A stretch of 27,932 nt of DNA from assembly GCA_963743305.1 (NCBI GenBank), contig CAVUPH010000031.1, positions 1-27,932 of the forward strand, read 5' to 3'. The position numbers were made by a program, and so were the translations under genes. Origin of the DNA: an uncultured delta proteobacterium. GTDB taxonomy: Bacteria > Desulfobacterota > RBG-13-43-22. This document shows positions 18,525 to 26,846 of the stretch, one piece after another. The notes beneath the pieces were generated by a model, which saw nothing but the letters and a program-made list of their open reading frames with translations, did no database searches and was not told where the DNA came from. Numbering within the stretch: position 1 is the stretch's first letter; every line of letters begins with the position of its first letter.

Positions 18525-18797
18525 ATGCGGGAATTAAGACATTTCATCGAAAGAGCGGTTATTCTCTCGGACGGCCAACGAATCAGCTTCTCCGGCCTGG
18601 ATCACATCCCGGCCCACCAGGACTTTAGCGAACCGGGCGGGCTGCTGCCCTGGGCCGATATGGAGCGGGACTATCTGGAAAAGGTCCTGAAGGTCACTCA
18701 TTGGAAGGTCAGCGGCAGAAAGGGGGCCGCCGCCATCCTCGGCTTGAAGCCGACCACGCTGTTTTTCCGAATGAAAAAACTCGGGTTGCACAAATAG
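18525..18797 (+). pseudogene. C-terminal remnant of a sigma-54-dependent activator (end of AAA+ domain plus Fis-type HTH)
   Basis: RELRHFIERAVIL (normally preceded by WPGN) and WKVSGRKGAAAILGLKPTTLFFRMKKLG; no Walker A/B or GAFTGA upstream. Confidence 0.85.
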
Positions 18798-18802
18798 ACG
18801 CA

Positions 18803-19429
18803 TCATCCTATCCACTCTTTGCAGAGGTTGACTGCGGCGATGGCGTCGCGGCCGTAGGCATCGGCTTTTACATAGTGCCGGATCTCCTCATCGATCTGCC
18901 CGCCGCCGATCATGATCTTTAAATTCTTCCTTAACCCCGCCGCCTCGAGGGCCTCGATGGTCTGCTTCATGGAATCGAAGGCCAGGGTCAGGAAGGCGCT
19001 CAGGCCCACCACCCGGGGCTGAAACTCCCGGGTCTTCTCCACCACCGTTTCAATCGGCACATCGATCCCCAGGTCGAGCACTTCGTAGCCGCTCACCTCC
19101 AGCATGAAGACGACGATGTCCTTGCCGATATCGTGGATGTCCCCCTCCACGGTGGCGATCAGGACCCGCCCCTTCTTGGGACCTTCCTCGCCCTGGGTCA
19201 GCAGCGGCTTGACGATCCCCGAGATGGCCGTCAGGATCTCGCCGGCCATGACCAGGTCCGGGATGAAGTACTCGTAGGTTTCGAACCGTTTCCCCACGAT
19301 CTCCATGGCCGCCCGGGCGGCGGCCAGGATCTCCAGGGGATCCGTTTTCGCGGCTACCAGTTCCTGGACGCGTCCCAGGGTTTCCTCCTCCTTCAGGTCC
19401 GCCATCAGGTCTATCAGTTTTTGGTCCAT
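18803..19429 (-). CDS. Corrinoid (cobalamin-binding) protein, copy 2
   Basis: Start at ATG 19429 (RBS GGAGG); DIHDIG motif; 5 substitutions in 208 aa relative to copy 1. Confidence 0.95.
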   Translation of the reverse strand: MDQKLIDLMADLKEEETLGRVQELVAAKTDPLEILAAARAAMEIVGKRFETYEYFIPDLVMAGEILTAISGIVKPLLTQGEEGPKKGRVLIATVEGDIHDIGKDIVVFMLEVSGYEVLDLGIDVPIETVVEKTREFQPRVVGLSAFLTLAFDSMKQTIEALEAAGLRKNLKIMIGGGQIDEEIRHYVKADAYGRDAIAAVNLCKEWIG

Positions 19430-19553
19430 GCCTTGCCTCCATCTCGTTAATCCGTTACCGGACGGGTAATCGTTTCGTAAAAAATGACCGGTGGATCCGC
19501 TTGGCTTGATCCACCCTACTCTGCGCGAATAAATAGTAAGTCTGGGCGGCCCC

Positions 19554-20894
19554 TTAACTCCGGTACACTCCGTATTCTTTGCTGAAATCAACCATGGCGT
19601 GGAGGGTATCCGCCCGTCCTTCATCCATGGCGGTCCCCAAAGACATGATATAGCCGCCGCCCTTCCCGGCGGTATCGATCAGGTTCCGGCAGTAGTCCTT
19701 CACCTTTTCCGGGGTTCCCACCAGGATCAGCCCGGACGGTACGTTGCCCCCGATACAGAGGCGGTCCCCCAGAACTTCCTTGGCCCGAGACATGTCCGTC
19801 CGGTCGAAGATCCACAGGCAGGAACCTTTGGGGAGTTCCTTCAGGTATTCCAACCGGGTGTTGTACGATCCTTCACAGAATAAAAAGGGCACACAGCCTT
19901 CCTCGGCTAGACCGAGTATCACCGCTTTCAGGGAAGGCCAGTAGAATTTCTTGAATTGGGCATCGGACATGAATCCGTCGGCCCCTTTATGAAGCGGCAT
20001 AAACACGACGGGGTTCTTGTTCATGGTGGCCGCGTTCAACCCCTGTTTGAGGGCCAGGGGGGTAAGCCGCTCGACGGCCTTTAGAACCATCTCGGGTTGC
20101 CGGTACAAGTCCAACATGATCCCCTTGGTGCCCCGGAGGGTGTCGGAAAGGATATCATAAGGGGCTTTGGAGGCCCCGCCGAAACAACTGGGAACCCCCA
20201 GACCCCGGGCCGCCATTTCAAAACCCGTCATTTTCTCGATCCAGACCATGGCTTGGTTCCCGGCCTCCATGAGGGCCTTCAGGGCCCCCTGGACCGGGGG
20301 GATGCCGAAGGGGATCATCTGCAAGGAGACCAGGACGATTTCCCACAAATCCGGGAAAGGAGACAGGTTGGATAGAGGTTCCAATGCTCCAAAGACCCGG
20401 GGCATCCAGGTTCTCAACCAAAAATCCGAAGGGTCGTCGATCAGGGCCGGATAATCATCCGCCGTCATGTAATTCCCCTCCACGTATTGATAGCCGGATT
20501 CCTTGCTGAGCCCGTGACCGGGCCACTTATATTGCTTGAGGGCCAGGGTTTCATAAATCTTGCCGGAACCGATCAAGGCCGGTGTCACGTAATAATCGGG
20601 CCGAAAGTCCTTAACAAACTGAAGGCAGGTCGCCGCCAGTTTGTCCGGATCGTACATGGCTTCATAGGGGGTCACGCCGTACAGGTGGGTCGGCATGAAT
20701 GTACCCAGCAACAGGACCGGCACCCGGTCCGGGGTTTTTTCCCGCAGCAGGGCATCCTTAAACCGGATGACCGCCGCCTGATAGGTAACTTCGTCCTCCG
20801 GTTTCTGGAAGGTTACGCCTTCGGCCGCCAGCCAGGTTGAAAAACGGATTTCTCTCTTTTCAGGACCCGATAGCTCCCGCCATTCCTTTTCCAT
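19554..20894 (-). CDS. UroD/MtaA-fold (uroporphyrinogen decarboxylase family) putative substrate:corrinoid methyltransferase
   Basis: PDRVP, YKWPGHG, PYDILSDTLRGTKG, PLHKGADGFMS, FYWP, GGNVP and GGGYIM motifs; directly upstream of a corrinoid protein gene. Confidence 0.9.
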   Translation of the reverse strand: MEKEWRELSGPEKREIRFSTWLAAEGVTFQKPEDEVTYQAAVIRFKDALLREKTPDRVPVLLLGTFMPTHLYGVTPYEAMYDPDKLAATCLQFVKDFRPDYYVTPALIGSGKIYETLALKQYKWPGHGLSKESGYQYVEGNYMTADDYPALIDDPSDFWLRTWMPRVFGALEPLSNLSPFPDLWEIVLVSLQMIPFGIPPVQGALKALMEAGNQAMVWIEKMTGFEMAARGLGVPSCFGGASKAPYDILSDTLRGTKGIMLDLYRQPEMVLKAVERLTPLALKQGLNAATMNKNPVVFMPLHKGADGFMSDAQFKKFYWPSLKAVILGLAEEGCVPFLFCEGSYNTRLEYLKELPKGSCLWIFDRTDMSRAKEVLGDRLCIGGNVPSGLILVGTPEKVKDYCRNLIDTAGKGGGYIMSLGTAMDEGRADTLHAMVDFSKEYGVYRS

Positions 20895-21023
20895 AAATTA
20901 TGCCCTCCTGTTCCGATTTAGCCCGCGCTGCCGGGTACAGCTTCCGCAAGCCTCGGGCCTGATTTATTAGTGATCCAACCGGTCCTCAGGTCTGAATTAA
21001 TCCTCCTTTAGCTGGGCCAGGGG

Positions 21024-22525
21024 TTACCCGGTCTGGGCCCGCCTTTTGAGCTCCCTTTTCAGGAGCTTGCCGGCCGGGCTTTTAGGCAGCTCGGCCACAG
21101 CCACAAATTCTTTGGGCACCTTAAAGGGTGATAAGCGGGTTTTGCAGGAAAGACTTCAAGGCCTCGGCGTCAATGGTCTCCCCGGGCTTGGGAACGATAA
21201 AGGCGGTCACCCGCTCCCCCCACTCCGGATCCGGCAGGCCGATGACGGCGCATTCCTCCACCGACGGATGCTGGTAGAGCACTTCTTCCACCTCCCGGGG
21301 ATAGACGTTTTCCCCCCCGGTAATGACCATATCCTTCAGCCGGTCAACGAGGAAAAGGTAGCCCTCTTCGTTGAAGACCCCGATATCTCCGGACCGCAGC
21401 CAGTCTCCCTCCCAGAAGGCCGCCCGGGTCCCTTCCGGATTATGGAGATACCCTTTCATGACGTTACGGCCCCGGACGCAGATTTCCCCTTCCTGCCCGG
21501 TTTCCAGCCGGTTTCCGACGGTGATCCCGGATCTGGACCTCCACGCCGGGGACCAGGGTCCCCACCGATCCCACCAGGTGCCGCTCCGGATAATAGTGAT
21601 TGTACGTTACCGGCATGCCTTCGGTCATGCCGTACGACTCCGCAATCATAATACCGGTCCGCTCTTTCCATTGTTTAACGATTTCGCTGGCCATGGAGGC
21701 GGCGGCGGAAAAACAATAACGCAGCTTTCCCAATTTCTTTTCCAGGTCCGGGAGGCTCAGCAGCCGAATATAAACCGTGGGTACGGCAAAAAACTTGGTC
21801 ACCCGGCCGGTGGAGAGGGCCTCCACGATTCGGTCCAGGTCGAAGCCGGACAGGATTTCCAGACAACCGCAGCTCAGGATGGTGGCGTTCAGGATGTGGA
21901 TCTGGCCGAAGACGTGGTTGAAGGGCATGAAGCAGAGGGCCTGGTCCGTTTCGGTGGAGCGCTCACAATTCACCGTCAGGTGACTGGAGCAATCAATTCC
22001 TTCATGGGTCAGCATGACCCCCTTGGGAGTTCCGGTAGTACCGCCGGTATAAAGAACGGCCGCCGTATCGGCCCGATCCCGATCGACCGCCCGGAAAATA
22101 CCCGATCCTTGGTCGATGAGGTCTCCCAGGTTCAGGTCCCCCCCGGGGCAGATGATCTTTTCCAGCACGCCGCCCGCTTTCAACCGATCCAGATCGGAAA
22201 GCTTATTTTCCTGGGTGAAGACCAGACGAGGCCGGGCGTGGTTGACCAGCAGGGTCAGCTCATCCCCGCGCAGCAACGAGGAAAGGGTGACGGCCACGGC
22301 CCCGGTCTTGAGTACGCCGAAATAGAAGGTAATCCAGTCCATCGAATTGGGGGCGCATAAGCCGACCAATTCCCCCGGTTGGAGGCCCTGCCCAATAAGG
22401 GCCGTGGCCACCCGGTTGGCCCGGTCGTTCAATTGCGCATAATTGATTTGCAGGCCCCCTTCCCGCAGGGCCGCACGGTCCGGAAAGTAAAAAGCCGCGT
22501 TTTCCAGGTTTCTGGCCAGGTTCAT
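21024..22525 (-). pseudogene. Acyl-CoA synthetase / AMP-dependent ligase with two +1 frameshifts (pseudogene or sequence error)
   Basis: YTGGTTGTPKG and YGMTE motifs. After a shift at ~21520-21523: GEICVRGRNVMKGY, SGD, DRLKDM, GGENVYP. After a shift at ~21144-21148: FKVPKEF...LPKSPAGKLLKR, ending at TAA 21024. Confidence 0.9.
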
Positions 22526-23259
22526 GATTTCAGGCCCAAGGTATCAATCAATTGCCGGACGAATTCATCACCGTCTGCCCGAAAGGCCGGAAGCTCCCAG
22601 GGCATCTCCCGCAAATTATCGAGCAGGGAGGGCAACAGGTCAAAAGGGATCGAGATCAACTGCCGGTCTTCCGGAAAAAGCTTCCGGCGCTTCATCCCGT
22701 GGCCAAGACCCGTCAAGGTATAATTCAATTCCCCGGTCAAGTAGGGATAAATATAAATCCAGGCGCAGCCGATGGCCGCTGAATATTTACTCGACCACAT
22801 TTCCCCCGTTCGATAGCTCATAGCCCGCAGCAGAATTTCCGTTTGGTTAGTCCGGGCTAAGACGATCAGAACATCCGGGTCGAAAGGGAGGTCGGCCATC
22901 GGGGAAAAGGCGGTATAGCGCACCACGCCTTTGGCGATTCGGGGGATATAATGATACAGTCGCCCAGCCGCCCGGGGCTCCTCGAAGATTTTCAACCCGG
23001 CGCCGAATTCTCCGCTGATAAAAGGGCCCGGGGCTTCCGCCTGCCCCAAGACGTATAAACCGGCCTCACAGGTGTGGCTTTGGGCATCCGCGAAAAAGGT
23101 CTTTCCTTCCTGCGCGCGTTTGAGCATTTCGCAGAAGGCCAGCTTCTCATCAAGACGACCTATACGGTCGGGCGGCCGGGCCGAGAACTTCACTCCCACA
23201 GGCGGCGCGTCGAATCCGAATTTTGCCAGAATAGACAAATCGATCTTAGTTTGACTCAT
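22522..23259 (-). CDS. DUF169 family protein
   Basis: PVGVKF, FCEML, HTCEAG..VLG, PDVLIV, IGC and G.GMK pattern; ATGA overlap with the ligase gene. Confidence 0.82.
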   Translation of the reverse strand: MSQTKIDLSILAKFGFDAPPVGVKFSARPPDRIGRLDEKLAFCEMLKRAQEGKTFFADAQSHTCEAGLYVLGQAEAPGPFISGEFGAGLKIFEEPRAAGRLYHYIPRIAKGVVRYTAFSPMADLPFDPDVLIVLARTNQTEILLRAMSYRTGEMWSSKYSAAIGCAWIYIYPYLTGELNYTLTGLGHGMKRRKLFPEDRQLISIPFDLLPSLLDNLREMPWELPAFRADGDEFVRQLIDTLGLKS

Positions 23260-23376
23260 CTCAACTCCCTACAGTCCAGAAAAGTGACCCAGGCTTCACC
23301 CGAACCGATCGGTTCTTCTCGAGGCGGCCGATTGAAGTCAATACGGGGTTAATAATTGTCTGTACAACCCCCCGAC

Positions 23377-23462
23377 CGTCATCCCCGAGTGCTTCAATCG
23401 GGGATCCAGAATCACACCAGACAGGGGCTGGATTCCCGCCCAAAATCGCTGCGGGAATGACG
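23377..23462. repeat. REP-like palindromic element of the GTCAT(T/C)CC...GGAATGAC type
   Basis: CGTCATCCCCGA-N-TCGGGGATCCAG and CTGGATTCCCGC-N-GCGGGAATGACG: two hairpin units in inverted orientation. Confidence 0.8.
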
Positions 23463-23528
23463 AGTTAAGAGCCACGGGATTGTCGATTCTACTATGGGAC
23501 CATTACTGCCTGGGAACGCTGGAAAAGG

Positions 23529-23560
23529 TTCCGTGGGCCCTGGGCCCAGGGCCCACGGAA
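23529..23560. terminator. Perfect 32-bp palindrome 20 nt downstream of the SBP stop (terminator or mRNA-stabilising hairpin)
   Basis: TTCCGTGGGCCCTGGGCCCAGGGCCCACGGAA is its own reverse complement; CCTTTT follows on the minus strand. Confidence 0.65.
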
Positions 23561-23580
23561 GAACAGGAAAGGAATGAACG

Positions 23581-24825
23581 TTAAAAAATGTTACGGAGAG
23601 GCCAGACCCCCTGTTTGACCACCTTGCCTTTTTGCAGTTGGTCGACCCGGACCTTCGAAACGCCTTCGATCTTACCCGGGCCGTAATTGATCGGGGTGCT
23701 GCTGATACCGCCGGTTTCCAGGTTTTTGATTTGATAGAATCCATGATTCAACACGTCCACCGGTTTCAGGTTTTCCAGCGGGACCTTTTGCATGGCCAAA
23801 CGCAGGGCCTCTACCTGGATCATGGCTTCCAGGAAACCGCCCATGTACTGGCTGTGGCTGACCCACTTATTGGGATGATACTTTTTCTGCAATTCGGTCT
23901 CGAACTTTACCCCGGGGCTCATTTCGTCCCAGGGGGGGAAACCGCCGGCGACCACAAATCCGTCTCCCAAGGTCCCCATGGCCGAGGCAAACACCGGCAG
24001 GTGGCTCGGCAAGGCGCATCCCAGCGTCAGCTTATAGGCCTGATAGGGTCCCATGCCCAACCGGACCATTTCCTTGACGGTCGGTTGGGAACCGGGATTG
24101 ACCATAACGCCCAAAGCCAGGTCAACCTTATTCTGTTTAAGCCACATCAGTTGGGTCGTGGGGGGAGAGGTCGGGACGAGCGGCACGTACTGGATGCCGA
24201 CGAATTCATAGCCGACCTTTTCCAGGTAGGCCTTCATCTCCGGGATCTCGATGGACTTACCCATGGCGTTGTCCGCCGTCAGGTAAGCCACCCGGGGTTT
24301 CCTATTTTCCTTCCAGTTTTCTTTGTACCAATCGGCAATGGCCGCCAGTTCATCCGTATAAATGGGATAATAGGTGAAGATGGTTCCCGGCGGTTTCATG
24401 AGATACGGTCCGGTGGCCATACTGGTGGCGCCGAAGCCGTCCTGTTTCAGCCGATCCTTTAAAGCCAGGGCGATGGGCGACCCCGAGATCCGGTAGACCA
24501 GGATCCCCTTGGCCTTCAATTCTTCATAGATCGAAAGCGCCTTGGCCGGCTTGAGTTCGTCATCGCGCCAGAGCAACTCGATGTTGACATCGGCGGGCCA
24601 TTTCTCCTTGCGCCAGGGGGCCAGTTGCTTGGTCTCGTTTACATATTTGACATAGTCCTCAAAGGCGGCCAGAACGGCCGCCGAATCCTCGGCATAAGGT
24701 CCGGTCAGGGACATCGTGCCACCGACATACACCGTCTTCCCGGCCGCGTTGGCCTCCTGGAAAAACAGCAGCCCTCCAACCAGCACCATCAGGAAAGCGA
24801 CTAGCACCAATCTGCTTTTACCCAT
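23581..24825 (-). CDS. ABC transporter substrate-binding protein (Liv/HAAT family)
   Basis: Signal peptide ending ANA; SLTGPYA, DDELKP and DNAMGK motifs; follows two permease genes. Confidence 0.88.
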   Translation of the reverse strand: MGKSRLVLVAFLMVLVGGLLFFQEANAAGKTVYVGGTMSLTGPYAEDSAAVLAAFEDYVKYVNETKQLAPWRKEKWPADVNIELLWRDDELKPAKALSIYEELKAKGILVYRISGSPIALALKDRLKQDGFGATSMATGPYLMKPPGTIFTYYPIYTDELAAIADWYKENWKENRKPRVAYLTADNAMGKSIEIPEMKAYLEKVGYEFVGIQYVPLVPTSPPTTQLMWLKQNKVDLALGVMVNPGSQPTVKEMVRLGMGPYQAYKLTLGCALPSHLPVFASAMGTLGDGFVVAGGFPPWDEMSPGVKFETELQKKYHPNKWVSHSQYMGGFLEAMIQVEALRLAMQKVPLENLKPVDVLNHGFYQIKNLETGGISSTPINYGPGKIEGVSKVRVDQLQKGKVVKQGVWPLRNIF

Positions 24826-24899
24826 TTTTTTCTCCTCTCTCGTCTATGGTTTATTTCTCCTTACCCCTGCGGCCCCGGATAGTATTCCCTCACCCCCTT

Positions 24900-25955
24900 T
24901 CACTCCACTTCTTCATGCGAGAACGGCCACAATTTGAAATAGGCCTTGATAATTTCCCAGCGGTGATCGAGCCCCCGGGGTTCAAAAATCAGAAAAAGGA
25001 TGATGACCAACCCCCGGCTGATGAGGGCCAGGGAAGCCGCGGCCTGGGCGGCCACGGCGGCCGACAGAATCGGGCCGGCGATGGTCACCGCCTCATCCAG
25101 CAGTCTGAGCGACACGGCGCCCAGAATGGCCCCGGGTATGCTGCCCATGCCCCCCACGATCAACATGCCCAGGTACCAGACCGAATCCATGAACGGGAAC
25201 TGGTCGACGCTGGCGAAACCGTAATAGTGCACCAGCAGGGCCCCGGCTACTCCGGCATAGACGCAGCCGATAAAAAAGGCCTGGAGCTTGTAGCTCCAGA
25301 GATTAATGCCCATGACTTCAGCCGCCAGGTCGTTGTCCCGAATGGCCACGAAGGCCCGGCCGGCCCGGGTCCGGATGATATTCAGGGCCAGGACGGTGGC
25401 CAGGCAGGCGAAAACCATCACCAGGTAAAAATAGCTGGCCTTGGAATTCAGGACCAGACTGCCGATTTGGGGTTTGGGCACCGCCAGACCATCGGCCCCC
25501 CCGGTAATACTGCGCAACTGCAGGATCAGCCAGATGATGATAAAATGGGAAGCGATGGTGGCCATGATCAGGTAGAAGCCTTTGATCTTCAGCGAGGGGA
25601 GGCCGAAGACCAGGCCGGCCAATCCGGCCCCCAGGGCCGCGCAGGGGAGGGCCGTCCAGAACGACCACCCCAGTTTTGCGGTCAGGATGGCGGACACATA
25701 GGCCCCGACCGCCATGAAACCGACGTGCCCCATGGAGATCTGTCCGCAATAGCCGGTTAAGATATTCAGGCCGTGCACACTGATAATGGCGATACCGATC
25801 ATGGTCAGAATCGTCAGTTCCCGATCACTAAAAAACAGCGGGCAGACCAGAAGAAAGAGTAAAAAGGCGGCCAGCAGTAACCACTGCCGGCGGGTGCGCA
25901 GGAGGGCCATGTCCTGGCCGTAATTCTCTTGAAAGAGTCCCAAGCCGAAACCCAT
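24900..25955 (-). CDS. livM: Branched-chain amino acid-type ABC permease (LivM-like)
   Basis: GLNILTGYCGQISMGHVGFMAVGAY, IKGFYL, GRAFVAIRDNDLAAEVMGI motifs. Confidence 0.94.
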   Translation of the reverse strand: MGFGLGLFQENYGQDMALLRTRRQWLLLAAFLLFLLVCPLFFSDRELTILTMIGIAIISVHGLNILTGYCGQISMGHVGFMAVGAYVSAILTAKLGWSFWTALPCAALGAGLAGLVFGLPSLKIKGFYLIMATIASHFIIIWLILQLRSITGGADGLAVPKPQIGSLVLNSKASYFYLVMVFACLATVLALNIIRTRAGRAFVAIRDNDLAAEVMGINLWSYKLQAFFIGCVYAGVAGALLVHYYGFASVDQFPFMDSVWYLGMLIVGGMGSIPGAILGAVSLRLLDEAVTIAGPILSAAVAAQAAASLALISRGLVIILFLIFEPRGLDHRWEIIKAYFKLWPFSHEEVE

Positions 25956-25958
25956 GGT

Positions 25959-26846
25959 TTAAATCCTTTCTATCCTGACCAGGCCGAATAAACCGTGGGG
26001 TTTGAAGATGAGGACGATCAACATCACAATAAAGGGAAATATCTGGGCCAAACCGCCACCCGGCAAAAGGGGGTCCAGGTAGCCGGCGGCGACATTCTCC
26101 GAGACGCCCAGGATGATACCCCCGACGATGGCCCCGCCGATGGAGTTGACCCCGCCCAGCAGCACCACCGCGAAGGCCTTGAGGCCGATCTCGGCCAGCG
26201 GAATCATCACGCCGGAGACACCGCCCAAGAGAATGCCGCCGATCACCCCGACAATACTGGAAATCACCCAGGAAACGGCATAGACCGTGGTCGCCTTGAT
26301 ACCGAAGCTTTGCACCACCTGCAGATCTTCGGCCGTGGCCCGCATGGCCAATCCGATCTTGGTATACCGGAAGAGCAGCAGGAGCAGGGTAACGGCCACC
26401 AACGAGACCAGGAGGCCGATGAGCGATTCCGGGGGCACGGAGATCTTGCCCAGCTTGAGGGTCAGCGTGGGCAGCAAGCCATGGTAGGTCTTGTATTCGC
26501 CGCCCCAGATCAAGGTGGCCAATCCTTCCAGGACCGTGGCCAGGGCGATGGTCATCATGATGACGGCCAACTCCGGCTGACCCAGCAAAGGCCTTAGCAT
26601 CAGCCGTTCAATCAACAGACCCATGAGGGTGGCCGTGATCACCGCCAGGATCAGGGTGGCCCAGATCGGCAGCCCGAAGGTCACCAGGAAGGTATAGCCC
26701 AGGTAGCCGCCGATCATGACAAAGTGGCCCTGGGCGATATTAAAGGCATTGGAACATTTAAGAATGATGACAAAGCCGATAGCGATCAGGGCGTAGACCA
26801 TGCCCAGGGTCAAACCGGTCACCACCAATTGCAGAAAAAAGGTCAT
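25959..26846 (-). CDS. livH: Branched-chain amino acid-type ABC permease (LivH-like)
   Basis: Start at ATG 26846 (ATGA overlap); YALIAIGF, FNIAQG, TKIGLAMRA and KPHGLFG motifs. Confidence 0.94.
   Translation of the reverse strand: MTFFLQLVVTGLTLGMVYALIAIGFVIILKCSNAFNIAQGHFVMIGGYLGYTFLVTFGLPIWATLILAVITATLMGLLIERLMLRPLLGQPELAVIMMTIALATVLEGLATLIWGGEYKTYHGLLPTLTLKLGKISVPPESLIGLLVSLVAVTLLLLLFRYTKIGLAMRATAEDLQVVQSFGIKATTVYAVSWVISSIVGVIGGILLGGVSGVMIPLAEIGLKAFAVVLLGGVNSIGGAIVGGIILGVSENVAAGYLDPLLPGGGLAQIFPFIVMLIVLIFKPHGLFGLVRIERI

Noticed and set aside
20895-21023. Strong RBS-like AAGGAGGA just after the ligase stop
   Set aside because: No start codon or ORF at a suitable distance; at most a relic.
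11332-22525. Pyrrolysine/selenocysteine read-through or programmed frameshifting as the cause of split genes
   Set aside because: The breaks are frame changes rather than in-frame TAG/TGA, and no slippery heptamer was seen at the sites.
21371-25760. Long + strand ORFs (21371-22360, 23632-24462, 24846-25760) and similar ones elsewhere (67-639, 11387-12217)
   Set aside because: They lie opposite well-supported minus-strand genes, as expected from GC-rich codon bias.
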